Part shown: positions 55,846-64,000 of the stretch, in pieces
How positions within the stretch are numbered: the stretch's first letter is position 1
Layout of the letters: each line of letters starts with the position of its first letter
Source of the DNA: Dehalococcoidia bacterium
GTDB taxonomy: Bacteria; Chloroflexota; Dehalococcoidia; Lucifugimonadales; UBA3495
DNA length: 64,000 nucleotides
Assembly: GCA_034423215.1 (NCBI GenBank)
Contig: DAOUIY010000008.1
Location: 80,904-144,903, forward strand
Direction: 5' to 3'
The notes under the pieces: generated by a model
What the model was told of the DNA's origin: nothing
What the model saw: the letters and a program-made list of their open reading frames with translations, nothing else
The model's database searches: none
Made by a program: the position numbers and the translations under genes

Positions 55846-57210
55846 TTATTCTGGCGTAGAACCCAGCGACTGGATGAACTCGGTCATCGGGATGGTTTGC
55901 TGGGAGGAAGTGCTCATATCCCGAACCATCACCTCGCCCCGGGCAATTTCGTCATCGCCCAGGATCACTACAAAGGGAATACCAAGGGAGTTGGCCTGCC
56001 GCATCTGTCCCCGCAGGGCGCGGGAACCGCTGCTGAGGATGGCGCCCGCTCCAGCCCGCCGGATACGCGACGCCAGCTCCAAAGCCGGTTGCCGGGCAGC
56101 ATCGCCCACATTGGCGACCAGGTACTCGGGGGCAGGCAGCTCGGGAACTTCCACCCCGCTGCGTTTCAGGTTCAAGGTCAGGCGCTCCAGGCCGGAGCCA
56201 AAGCCGATCCCCGGCGTGGGGCGGCCGCCCAACTGCTCCATCAGCCCGTCGTAGCGGCCCCCGCCGCAGATGGTGGACTGAGCGCCGGCTTCTATCGGCT
56301 GAATTTCAAACACAGTCCGGGAGTAATAGTCCAGTCCCCGGACAAGCCGGTGGTCTATCTGATAGGGAATGTCCATTGCCGTCAGATAACTCTTCAGCTT
56401 CTCCCAATGGTCCAGGCTGTCGGCATTCAGGTGGTCAACCGACCGGGGCGCGTCCTCTCCAATGCTGCGGCAGGTCTCCACCTTGCAGTCCAGCAGCCGC
56501 AGCGGGTTGCGGTCCAGGCGGTTGCGGCAATCTCCGCACAGGCTTTCGTATCGCTGCGAATAGTATGATTTCAGTTCTTGCACGTATGCGGGCCGGCTTT
56601 CGCCGTCGCCAATGCTGTTGATGAACAGCCGGATGTCGGTCAGCCCCAGCGAGTGCATGAGCCTCCAAGCCAACTCGATGACCTCGGCATCCACCGCCGG
56701 ATTCGGGTCGCCAAGTACCTCAACGCCAAACTGGTGGTGCTGCCGGAAGCGGCCGGCCTGGGGACGCTCGTAACGAAACACCGGGCAGAAATAATACATC
56801 CGCACGGGCTGGGGCAGGTTGTGCATACCATGTTCAAGGTAGGCGCGGCAGACAGGCGCCGTGCCCTCGGGTCTCAGGGTTACCAGGTCCCCGCCCCGGT
56901 CCTCGAAGGTGTACATTTCCTTTTCAACAATATCGGTGCCCTCGCCCACCGAGCGAACAAACAGCCCGGCGTCCTCAAATACCGGGCTATCAATGCGGCC
57001 GTATCCGTAGCTCTGGGCCAGGGCTACGGCCTTGGATTCAATGTAGCGGCGGTACTTCTGCTCCACGGGCAGGAGGTCAGCAGTACCTCTGGGGGCTTGA
57101 AACAAAGAAGATGCTCCAGTTAAACAGGTTAAATCTACGCTTGCCGGGTCCGCAGCGCCGGGCCCCGGCAAAGACAAAGCTATTTTATAAGGCAACCCGT
57201 CATTACTCAA
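55846..57210 (-). CDS. hisS: histidine--tRNA ligase
   Basis: QAPRGTADLLP, class II motifs (FRYERPQAGRFRQHHQFG, GGGRYDGL) and a C-terminal anticodon-binding domain. A TTG at 57105 (GGAG 8 nt upstream) would give the usual short N-terminus; the ORF is open to 57210. Confidence 0.92.
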   Translation of the reverse strand: MSNDGLPYKIALSLPGPGAADPASVDLTCLTGASSLFQAPRGTADLLPVEQKYRRYIESKAVALAQSYGYGRIDSPVFEDAGLFVRSVGEGTDIVEKEMYTFEDRGGDLVTLRPEGTAPVCRAYLEHGMHNLPQPVRMYYFCPVFRYERPQAGRFRQHHQFGVEVLGDPNPAVDAEVIELAWRLMHSLGLTDIRLFINSIGDGESRPAYVQELKSYYSQRYESLCGDCRNRLDRNPLRLLDCKVETCRSIGEDAPRSVDHLNADSLDHWEKLKSYLTAMDIPYQIDHRLVRGLDYYSRTVFEIQPIEAGAQSTICGGGRYDGLMEQLGGRPTPGIGFGSGLERLTLNLKRSGVEVPELPAPEYLVANVGDAARQPALELASRIRRAGAGAILSSGSRALRGQMRQANSLGIPFVVILGDDEIARGEVMVRDMSTSSQQTIPMTEFIQSLGSTPE

Positions 57211-57419
57211 CCCGGGCGCCGGCGTTGGCTATTTTGCTTCTGCGCCTGGCCGCCGCGTCAATTATGACCTGCAATGCCTTGCGGTTGCTCTTGCGCCGCT
57301 TCTTTTCGTGCCGGCGCGTCAGTTTCTGCGCCCTTCTCTCGCCCTTCAACATGCCGCCGTTATCCCAACGCTATCTTATCGGTGACGCTATCCCGGACTG
57401 CGCTGTTACTCCAGTTCCT

Positions 57420-57791
57420 CTACAACCACGGGGCTACAACCACGGGGCCGTTGGCGTAATTGTCTATGGTAATCCGGTTGCGCCAGAGGAGATTCATTCC
57501 CAGCAGGGCCTCACCCTTGCTTTCCAATATCAAGACGCTTTGGAGCCTTCCGTGCCACATTTCCTGGCCATCAAATCCTTGAACAACAACGCTTCGACCA
57601 TCAGCAAGGTTGGAAACAAAATCATCATACAGGGGAAAGCCCAGACTTTTGATAACATGATCAGGTATCAATAGCGAGCCATCGAAACCGGTGTCCAGGA
57701 GCACTTCTATCTGGTAGACCTGTCCCTCCGTCCCCACCAAATCTAGCGGGACCAAGGGCTCGAACCTGGGGCTGACTCTTCCCCTAAACAT
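57420..57791 (-). CDS. retropepsin-like clan AA aspartic protease (DTGF type)
   Basis: 123 aa from ATG 57791. Catalytic motif VLLDTGFDGSLLIP and a single-lobe size consistent with a homodimeric retropepsin fold. The start overlaps the upstream gene by 8 nt. Confidence 0.7.
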   Translation of the reverse strand: MFRGRVSPRFEPLVPLDLVGTEGQVYQIEVLLDTGFDGSLLIPDHVIKSLGFPLYDDFVSNLADGRSVVVQGFDGQEMWHGRLQSVLILESKGEALLGMNLLWRNRITIDNYANGPVVVAPWL

Positions 57792-58050
57792 CGTCAGGCT
57801 TCCTGGGCACGAAGCTAAAAGGAGTGGTATAACCCACACGTTGTGCGGTCAGCGCAGAATCCGGGTTGCGGGCCTTCAGCCGTTGCAAGGCTTCAGAAAC
57901 TTGAACATCCACCTCATAGTCCCCAGTGTCCACGTCAATGGCGACAAACTTGCCAATGTCCTCATCCGTCATCAGAGGCTTGATTTTCTTGACATATATC
58001 GCGCGGCCCAGATCTGCACCTTCGCCCCGACGGTAATCTCCCCTTGGCAT
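57784..58050 (-). CDS. small hypothetical protein translationally coupled to the aspartic protease
   Basis: 88 aa with AAGGAAA upstream of the ATG. The central segment GKFVAIDVDTGDYEV is reminiscent of small DUF5678-like proteins; this is a low-confidence reading by eye. Confidence 0.55.
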   Translation of the reverse strand: MPRGDYRRGEGADLGRAIYVKKIKPLMTDEDIGKFVAIDVDTGDYEVDVQVSEALQRLKARNPDSALTAQRVGYTTPFSFVPRKPDDV

Positions 58051-58101
58051 TATTGTTTCCTTTACTTTAGAAGAAGATGGACTTCCACATTTGTGTCATT
58101 A

Positions 58102-58130
58102 ATTATAGTGTGCCTTATCCGGCCTGACTA
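58102..58130 (-). promoter_or_regulatory. candidate sigma70 promoter of the small-protein/protease module
   Basis: On the minus strand: TAGTCA (58130-58125), a 17-nt spacer, then a perfect TATAAT (58107-58102). It lies in an AT-rich gap just downstream of the CoA-transferase stop. Confidence 0.5.
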
Positions 58131-58134
58131 CCTG

Positions 58135-59370
58135 CTACACTACGCCGTCTTCCCGCAATTGCGCCAGTTCGTCGGGGCTAACTCCGCCTATGGCGCACAG
58201 GATATCCTCGTTGTGCTCGCCCAGCAGAGGCGGAGCGTTATCCGCAGTATCGGGTGACTCCGTCAGTCTAATGGGATTGTTGACCGTCTTGAAGGGACCG
58301 CCCAGGGAGTCCCCGCTCTCCACGAACATCTTCCGCGCTTCCAGGTGGGGGCACTGGTCTAGGTCGGCAGCATCCTGCACGACGCCCATGGAAAAGCCCA
58401 GCTCAATGAGCTTCTGGGCAATTTCCAGCTTGGGAACATGCTGCGACCATTCCTCAATGGCGGGCACGATGTGGTTAAAGTAAAACTCCCCGCTGATACC
58501 CTCGCCCAGGAAGCGGCGGTCCTCTATCAGGTCTTCCCGACCAATCAATTTCCACAGTCCTTCCCACTTGCCGCCCCCACCGCCGGAACCGGCCAAAACA
58601 GCGTAGCCGTCTGAGGCCTTCAGCGCCAGTTGAGCGGTGATCATGTTCTCCCGGGCCCGGGTGGTCACCTGGCCGCTGGCTTGGTAGAAGGGCATGATGC
58701 TGGTGGTGTGGGCCACCATGCAGTCGTACATGGCCATGTCCAGGTGCTGGCCCCGTCCGGTCTTCCGGCGGGTTTCCAGGGCCATCATTATGCCCAGCGC
58801 AGTCCATACGCCGGGAACGGAATCGCCGATGTTGTCGCCCACCATCTGGGGAGGGCCGTCGGGAGCCCCGGTAATCTCCATCCAGCCGCCCATGCCCTGG
58901 ACACAGGGATTATTGGCCGGCCAGTCGGAGTAGGGACCGCGCAAGCCGTCGCTGTCCCCATAACCGGTTATGCTGGCGTAGATCAGGCGCGGGTTCAGCC
59001 CCCGCAGATGCTCAAACCCCAGGCCCAGACGCCGGAGAGCCCCCGGGCCCCAGTTATCCAGCAGAACGTCCGAACTCTTTACCAGGGTCTCGAATATTTC
59101 CTTGCCCCTGGGATTGCGCAGGTCCAGGGTTATGCTCTTCTTGTTCCGGTTGATTGCCAGGAAACGGGCGCTCACCTTCCCGCCGTCTTCGCTTTCGACA
59201 AAGGGTTCATTGAGGCGGGCCCGCTCCCCTACCCGGGTGCGCTCGACTTTGATTACCTCTGCGCCCATATCGGCCAGGATCATGGCGCAAAAGGGGCCAG
59301 CTACGATGTGTGTTGCGTCCAGTACCCGCAGACCCTCCAGGGGACGGGGAGTGGTTTCTTGGTCGGTCAT
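58135..59370 (-). CDS. CoA-transferase family III (CaiB/BaiF) protein
   Basis: LEGLRVLDATHIVAGPFCAMILADMGAEVIKVE N-terminus and a length of about 410 aa from ATG 59370. The ORF is open to 59622. Confidence 0.88.
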   Translation of the reverse strand: MTDQETTPRPLEGLRVLDATHIVAGPFCAMILADMGAEVIKVERTRVGERARLNEPFVESEDGGKVSARFLAINRNKKSITLDLRNPRGKEIFETLVKSSDVLLDNWGPGALRRLGLGFEHLRGLNPRLIYASITGYGDSDGLRGPYSDWPANNPCVQGMGGWMEITGAPDGPPQMVGDNIGDSVPGVWTALGIMMALETRRKTGRGQHLDMAMYDCMVAHTTSIMPFYQASGQVTTRARENMITAQLALKASDGYAVLAGSGGGGGKWEGLWKLIGREDLIEDRRFLGEGISGEFYFNHIVPAIEEWSQHVPKLEIAQKLIELGFSMGVVQDAADLDQCPHLEARKMFVESGDSLGGPFKTVNNPIRLTESPDTADNAPPLLGEHNEDILCAIGGVSPDELAQLREDGVV

Positions 59371-59672
59371 GCTGGGATTCCTCCGCCAGTCGGCACTGCA
59401 AATTTGAGGGTAATATAATCCAGAGGCGCATCCGGTTACAATCGCCCCCGGCTTACAATCGCCCCCGGCTGGTTGCCAAAACTTGAGCGCCGGCCGGTCA
59501 TGCCAACAGCAGGGGAAGCGCGTTAGACCCGGCATTCCCGCTCCAACAGTCTGACACCCATCACACAACACATCAGAAAACCTTGCGCCGCTGCCTGCCG
59601 CATCTTGACACGCGGAAGGCAAAAGTCATAAACTCATATCTGCGGCACGGAAATGCGCCGTGCGGTTTCAGT

Positions 59673-59749
59673 GGCCCGGTGGTGTAGTTGGTTAACATAC
59701 CGCCCTGTCAAGGCGGAGATCGGCGGTTCGAGTCCGCTCCGGGTCGCCA
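59673..59749 (+). tRNA. tRNA-Asp (anticodon GUC), CCA encoded
   Basis: Hand-folded cloverleaf. Acceptor GGCCCGG/CCGGGTC (one G-U pair). Anticodon stem ccgcc/ggcgg with loop cTGTCAa. T arm ggcggTTCGAGTCcgcc. 77 nt including the 3' CCA. Confidence 0.9.
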
Positions 59750-59775
59750 ACTCAAACAAGTCCATCGAAAAACTG

Positions 59776-59809
59776 CCCCGTGAATTTTATTCACGGGGCG
59801 TATCTTTTG
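59776..59809 (+). terminator. rho-independent terminator after tRNA-Asp
   Basis: CCCCGTGAAT-ttt-ATTCACGGGG (10-bp stem) followed by cgtatcttttgt. Confidence 0.8.
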
Positions 59810-59813
59810 TCCT

Positions 59814-59847
59814 TCAAACTGAAAGGAGCGGCCGCGTTGGCCGCTCC
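59814..59847 (-). terminator. rho-independent terminator after the NHL-repeat gene
   Basis: On the minus strand: GGAGCGGCC-aacgc-GGCCGCTCC followed by TTTCAGTTTG. Confidence 0.65.
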
Positions 59848-59881
59848 TCTTGTCAACCGTCGTTGCAGGGGTATGAAATGC

Positions 59882-60778
59882 CTACTGCTTGACGTACTTG
59901 TCCACGCCAACGCCGTCGGGAACGCCCACGTAGATGTCGCCGTTGGGGGCAATCCACGAACCGTGGCCGCCGCGAATTATCCAGCGGGCCAGCAGGTCGC
60001 CACTGGCGTTCATCAGGCTTATGCGGGAATCCGTCTCCTCGGTCCAGCCCTGGCGCGCGTCCCGGCCACCCTCGCTGATGCAGAAGACGCCGTTGTCGTC
60101 CTGGGAAATGTCCATAGGCCGCAGCACGTCCGTCCACATCCCCTGGTACTCGCCGTCGGCGTTGAAAATCTGGATGCGGTTGTTCTCCCGGTCGCAGACG
60201 TACAGCAGGCCGTCAGCGCCCACCATCATGCTGTGGACCAGGTGAAACTCGTTGGGCGCGTCCTTGCCAGGCTCGCCCCAGGAGGACTTCAACTGGCCAT
60301 CGGCGGCAAAGCGATGGACCCGGGCGTTGCGGTAGCCGTCGGCCACGTACATGTCGCCACCGGCGCCGGGAACCAGTTCCGCCGGATAATTGAAGGGGCC
60401 GGCCGAGCGCGGGCACAGGGTGCCAGGAACTTCGCAGCCGGTGTCGGAATGGACGCCCCGGTCGCCGATGACCTGGAGGGGCTTGCCGTCCAGGGTATAG
60501 CGGAGGCAGACCGAGTCCTCGCGGTCGGTGATATAGACTATGTCGTCCTTGATAAAAATGCCGTGCGGGTTGCTGATGGCGCTCAGCCCCCAGGAACCTA
60601 TGTATTCGCCGTCGGGATTGAATATGACGATGGGCGGCTCTTTGCGCTGGAAGGCGTACAGGTTGCCCGCCGAGTCGGTGGCGCAGGCGCTGACCATGCC
60701 AAACTCCTCGCCCTCGGGCAGCTTGGCCCAGCTCTCAACGAGCTCGTAAGTATATTCTCCGCTTCCTACGGTAGTCAT
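59882..60778 (-). CDS. NHL-repeat six-bladed beta-propeller protein (peptidyl-alpha-hydroxyglycine lyase-like)
   Basis: Repeated blades of the type PHGIFIKDDIVYITDRE / YVADGYRNARVHRF / LYVCDRENNRIQIF. Start at ATG 60778 with a GGAGGT SD. Confidence 0.8.
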   Translation of the reverse strand: MTTVGSGEYTYELVESWAKLPEGEEFGMVSACATDSAGNLYAFQRKEPPIVIFNPDGEYIGSWGLSAISNPHGIFIKDDIVYITDREDSVCLRYTLDGKPLQVIGDRGVHSDTGCEVPGTLCPRSAGPFNYPAELVPGAGGDMYVADGYRNARVHRFAADGQLKSSWGEPGKDAPNEFHLVHSMMVGADGLLYVCDRENNRIQIFNADGEYQGMWTDVLRPMDISQDDNGVFCISEGGRDARQGWTEETDSRISLMNASGDLLARWIIRGGHGSWIAPNGDIYVGVPDGVGVDKYVKQ

Positions 60779-61100
60779 AGGACGTTTACCTCCAAAAGTT
60801 AGGGTGGTTACGGCCCAAAGTATCGGTATTTGGGAGTGGAGAGTCAATAGGGGGATTAGCCTTGAGCTAAGGAGAGTCCCGGAACAAATGTGACAACCCC
60901 ATATCTTCAAAAGCCGGATCACCTGTCTCCATTGAATAAGGCATCGCTTGTTTTTGGGGACAAGGGTACGCAGCTAGTCAACGCGAAGTGCATTTAAAGT
61001 TGTTGCGAGGACTGGCCATAAATCTAGGCAGCATGGTCAGGAAAATCAGAAACGAGTCACCTCTAGCATAAACAAGTATTTATCAGTCAGCAAATGTATA

Positions 61101-61129
61101 TTGACAAATAGCCAACTTTGTGGTAGACT
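61101..61129 (+). promoter_or_regulatory. near-consensus sigma70 promoter of the two-gene module
   Basis: TTGACA (61101-61106), a 17-nt spacer, then TGgTAGACT (extended -10, 61121-61129). Confidence 0.6.
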
Positions 61130-61180
61130 TAACAAATGGACAACCGTTATGACCCGGCAAAACTATGACTGGAGGTTCGA

Positions 61181-61231
61181 ATGAAACAGAACGAAGTCTT
61201 GACCAAATACGATTGGCAGTCACGTGGCTGA
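61181..61231 (+). other. 16-codon leader mini-ORF (MKQNEVLTKYDWQSRG) whose stop overlaps the GTG start of the next gene
   Basis: GGAGG 5 nt upstream of the ATG at 61181. Its TGA (61229-61231) lies 5 nt after the GTG at 61224, which itself lacks an SD. This suggests termination-reinitiation coupling, or a frameshifted longer gene. Confidence 0.35.
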
Positions 61232-61526
61232 CAGGGTTCAGTCTAGGTTTGGCGTCCCAATTCGGTTGACTCACGAGGCATGGGACCATATCTTAGAAGG
61301 ACATCCTGAACTAGCAGAAAATCGGCGTCTGATACTCGATTCACTAGAGAGCCCAGATTATATTGTGGACGGCGGCGACGGAGAGTTGCTAGCAGTCAGG
61401 CAGCTTGATTCTGGCAAGCGGCTTGTAGTAGTCTACAGAGAATTGGCGTCGGATGGCTTCGTAATAACTGCCTATGTAACAGGCAGAGAAACATCGCTAA
61501 GGCGCAAGAGGCAGATATGGCCTTGA
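61224..61526 (+). CDS. small toxin-like protein (possibly DUF4258-like)
   Basis: 100 aa with a GTG start. The pattern IRLTHEAWDHILEGHPE...LVVVYRE...FVITAYV resembles small DUF4258/RelE-fold-like proteins by eye. It overlaps the downstream gene by 10 nt. Confidence 0.5.
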   Translation: MADRVQSRFGVPIRLTHEAWDHILEGHPELAENRRLILDSLESPDYIVDGGDGELLAVRQLDSGKRLVVVYRELASDGFVITAYVTGRETSLRRKRQIWP

Positions 61527-61744
61527 AAAATATGAACGAGTACTTGAACCTTATCCCGGCTGTACGACAATCACCAAGTAATTGCCTTTGGTCATCCTAT
61601 TACGAACCAGGCGATGTTTTGTACATTAGCTTTGACAAGCCCCGCGCAGCCACTGACAGCGAACTGACCGACGACGACATCATCCTCCGCTACGATGGCG
61701 ACGAACTTATCGGTATCACAATTCTCCACGCCAGCAAGCGCTGA
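61517..61744 (+). CDS. DUF2283-like small protein (putative antitoxin partner)
   Basis: 75 aa. YEPGDVLYISFDKPRAATDSE...ILRYDGDELIGITILHASK matches the DUF2283 pattern (YD..aD.lyi ... G.ivGiei). Confidence 0.6.
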   Translation: MALKNMNEYLNLIPAVRQSPSNCLWSSYYEPGDVLYISFDKPRAATDSELTDDDIILRYDGDELIGITILHASKR

Positions 61745-61751
61745 AGCCCCC

Positions 61752-62963
61752 CTACTTTCCCCTCTTCGACTGATACTCCTTAATCGCCGGTATTACTTCC
61801 TGCCCCAGCAAATCAATGCACCGCGTCGCCGTCTCGTGGGACATGGGGCCTTCCCGGCCCCACAGCACCAGGTAGCTGGGATCAACAATGTCAATGACGT
61901 GCTTCAGCTTCTTGACCACCGTGTCCGGGTTGCCGGTGACTATCTGGTAGGTAGCGTGGGCTTCCTCGTAGCTTAGGGGCGGACCGCCCGGGGCTACCGG
62001 GCGCTTGTCGTTGCTGCTCTCCGCGTTCACGTAGCGGGTGGTGGCCCGGCGCTGCTGCCGCTGGCCCTGGGTTGCGGCCCGGCTCAGGTAACCCGGCGGG
62101 GCCTGCCACTCCCGGGGCGCCACGCCGAAGGACGTGCCCAGTTGCCAGAAGAAATTCTTGCCCTCTTCGTAGGCCCGCTCGTCGCTGTCCGCCACATTTA
62201 CCCGGATGGCGTAACCCCGGTTGTCCGATGTTGCCTTATACCCCTCCTCCTCAGCGGTGCGGTCGTAGAGGTCGTAGATTTCCTCCATCAGGTCCAGGGG
62301 CGGCGCCAGGGCGATGTAGGGGTACTTGTGACGGGCAGCGAAAATCACCGACTCCGGGCTGGCAACTCCGGGAATCCAGATGGGCGGATGCGGCTTCTGC
62401 AAGGGCATGGCCCAGGGGTTGATCGCCCGGAAGTGGAAGTGCTTGCCCTCCCAGCGGAAGGGACCCGGCGTGGTCCAGGTCTTCACAATCAGGTCGTGGG
62501 CCTCCTCGAACCGCTCCCGGTTGTAGATGGGATTGGTGTTGGTGGCCCAGCTTTCTTGCCCCAGACCCCGCACGAAGCCGCAGACCACACGCCCGCCCGA
62601 GATGCAGTCAATCATGGCAATCTCTTCGGCCACCCGCAGCGGGTTCTCGTGGATGGGCAGGACGTTACCCAGGAAGACTATTTTGCCCTTCTTCGTCAGC
62701 TTGGATAGGACGGCGCCGATGACGTTGACCGAGGGCATCATGCACAGGGGATTGTTGTGGTGCTCGTTTATCATCACCCCGTCGAAGCCGTTCTCGGTGC
62801 AGTACTGCAATTCGTCGAAGTACATGCTGTACAGTTCCGAGGCCTTCTCGGGGACGAAGTTCTCGTTGGGGAACATCAGGTTGGTGTAGCCGTAGCTGGC
62901 AGCGGTTTCTTGGGAGTAGGCGGTGTAACCCATTTCGGTAAAGAAAAAGACCTCTTTGACCAT
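61752..62963 (-). CDS. LLM-class (luciferase-like) flavin-dependent oxidoreductase
   Basis: FFFTEMGYTAY..., GFDGVMINEHHNNP, size about 400 aa. Start at ATG 62963 with an AGGAGGAAAACC SD. Confidence 0.85.
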   Translation of the reverse strand: MVKEVFFFTEMGYTAYSQETAASYGYTNLMFPNENFVPEKASELYSMYFDELQYCTENGFDGVMINEHHNNPLCMMPSVNVIGAVLSKLTKKGKIVFLGNVLPIHENPLRVAEEIAMIDCISGGRVVCGFVRGLGQESWATNTNPIYNRERFEEAHDLIVKTWTTPGPFRWEGKHFHFRAINPWAMPLQKPHPPIWIPGVASPESVIFAARHKYPYIALAPPLDLMEEIYDLYDRTAEEEGYKATSDNRGYAIRVNVADSDERAYEEGKNFFWQLGTSFGVAPREWQAPPGYLSRAATQGQRQQRRATTRYVNAESSNDKRPVAPGGPPLSYEEAHATYQIVTGNPDTVVKKLKHVIDIVDPSYLVLWGREGPMSHETATRCIDLLGQEVIPAIKEYQSKRGK

Positions 62964-63060
62964 GGTTTTCCTCCTGCGCGGGTTCACTAATGCGCCAGTA
63001 TTCTATTGCCGGTATCCCATTGGTGGTTATTGGTGGGCATTCGTGGAGGGGAAGGCGCCG

Positions 63061-63957
63061 CTAACCACAAACCGCAATTCCCCGGGCGCTTATCTCCATG
63101 CGGTAGATGGTAGTGCGGCAGGCGAAGAACATCGTCCGCAAGTCTTCGCCGCCAATGGTGAAGTTGTGGCAGGGTTCCGGCGTGCGTATCAGCCCTAAGT
63201 GGTTGCCGTCGGCATCCAGCGCCCACACCCCGCCCGGGCCAGTGCAATAGACATTGCCCTCGGTGTCCACCTTAATGCCGTCCGGGTGGCCCACGTCCGC
63301 GCCGTGCAGGTCGGCAAAGTGGCGCGGGTTGCCAACAGTTCCGTCCTCCAGCACGTCAAAAACACGAATGTAGTGCTGGGTGGTGTCATTGACGTACAGC
63401 AGCGACTCATCGGGGGAAAAACAGAGGCCGTTGGGGAAAACCATGTCGTCGTTAAGCAGGGTCAGTTCCCCGGTTTCCGCGTTCAGGCGGTACACTCCCT
63501 CGTAGTCCAGGTACTTCTGCAGGTCCCCGCCCTGGTGTCCTACCAGGTGGCAGCCGTTGGACGGGTCGGTGAAATAGACGTGGCCGTCTGACTTGATAAC
63601 AATGTCATTGGGGGTGTTCAGCTTGACGCCGTTGAAGTGAGACGCCAGGGTGGTGGGGGTGCCGTCCCGCTCGATGCGCCAGACGGTGCGACCGCTCCAG
63701 CCGGCGATGACCAGGCGTCCCTCATCGTCAAAGGTCATGCCGTTGGCGTGGGCCGAGGGCCGCATGACGATGCTCTTGCCCTGACCCGGCACCCACTTCC
63801 AGATGGTGTCCCCGATTATGTCCACCCAGGCCAGGTAGCCCTCCCGGTGATTCCAGACCGGCCCCTCGGTAAAGGTGAGGCCGGTCGCCACCTTGGAAAA
63901 CGTGGCTTCTTCCGGCACCAGCCGGCGAAAGGCGGGGTTAAATGCCTGGGTTACCAT
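63061..63957 (-). CDS. SMP-30/gluconolactonase/LRE family protein
   Basis: GLTFTEGPVW, NDIVIKSDGHVYFTDP, PNGLCFSPDE, PDGIKVD propeller motifs. Start at ATG 63957 with an AGGAGG SD. Confidence 0.88.
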   Translation of the reverse strand: MVTQAFNPAFRRLVPEEATFSKVATGLTFTEGPVWNHREGYLAWVDIIGDTIWKWVPGQGKSIVMRPSAHANGMTFDDEGRLVIAGWSGRTVWRIERDGTPTTLASHFNGVKLNTPNDIVIKSDGHVYFTDPSNGCHLVGHQGGDLQKYLDYEGVYRLNAETGELTLLNDDMVFPNGLCFSPDESLLYVNDTTQHYIRVFDVLEDGTVGNPRHFADLHGADVGHPDGIKVDTEGNVYCTGPGGVWALDADGNHLGLIRTPEPCHNFTIGGEDLRTMFFACRTTIYRMEISARGIAVCG

Positions 63958-64000
63958 CGGGGCCTCCTGGTTATCCACGAATGCACACGAATGGGCACCA

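Noticed and set aside
55723-56568. 281-aa + strand ORF (and 56578-57123)
   Set aside because: Antisense to hisS. Shadow ORFs.
59780-60802. 340-aa + strand ORF
   Set aside because: Antisense to the NHL-repeat gene, which has clear repeated blade motifs and a strong SD.

Overview
Visibly GC-rich bacterial chromosomal window with about 55 protein genes and one tRNA-Asp. I saw no rRNA, CRISPR array, transposase, integrase or phage gene. Most of it is housekeeping or core metabolism. This includes recQ, purL/purQ, argC, argS, hisS, hisF/hisIE, rplY(ctc), a UvrD/PcrA helicase and a pgi-gnd-zwf pentose-phosphate cluster. It also includes a phnDCEE phosphonate importer, a Liv-type ABC importer and a heterodimeric ABC exporter. 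A right-hand group holds CaiB-type CoA-transferase, NHL-propeller, luciferase-like monooxygenase and SMP-30 lactonase genes. This gene mix and the many lipobox lipoproteins are compatible with a marine Chloroflexota/SAR202-like organism, but that is a low-confidence guess from gene content only. Three things stand out. (1) Two tandem paralogous thioredoxin-fold genes (29048-29680 and 29831-30892, minus strand) are each split in the ORF track by an in-frame TGA. The TGA sits where the first Cys of the redox motif should be (U-P-V-C and U-G-V-C). Paralog similarity continues across it, and an identical GC hairpin lies 10 nt downstream. I read these as membrane-anchored or lipoprotein selenocysteine oxidoreductases with bacterial SECIS elements. 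(2) About a dozen intergenic regions are filled with a modular family of palindromic MITE/REP-like repeats, including one block inside the liv operon. Hairpin stems are conserved, loops vary, and terminal inverted repeats are interchangeable. (3) There are several small accessory modules. These are an overlapping small-protein/retropepsin-like (DTGF) protease pair, an AT-richer islet with a DUF2283-type two-gene toxin-antitoxin-like module behind a near-consensus promoter, a lone DUF3800-like gene, and an orphan acidic 394-aa protein bracketed by direct composite repeats. A three-gene His-rich cupredoxin-like envelope cluster is also present. All family assignments come from motifs read by eye; no database search was possible.
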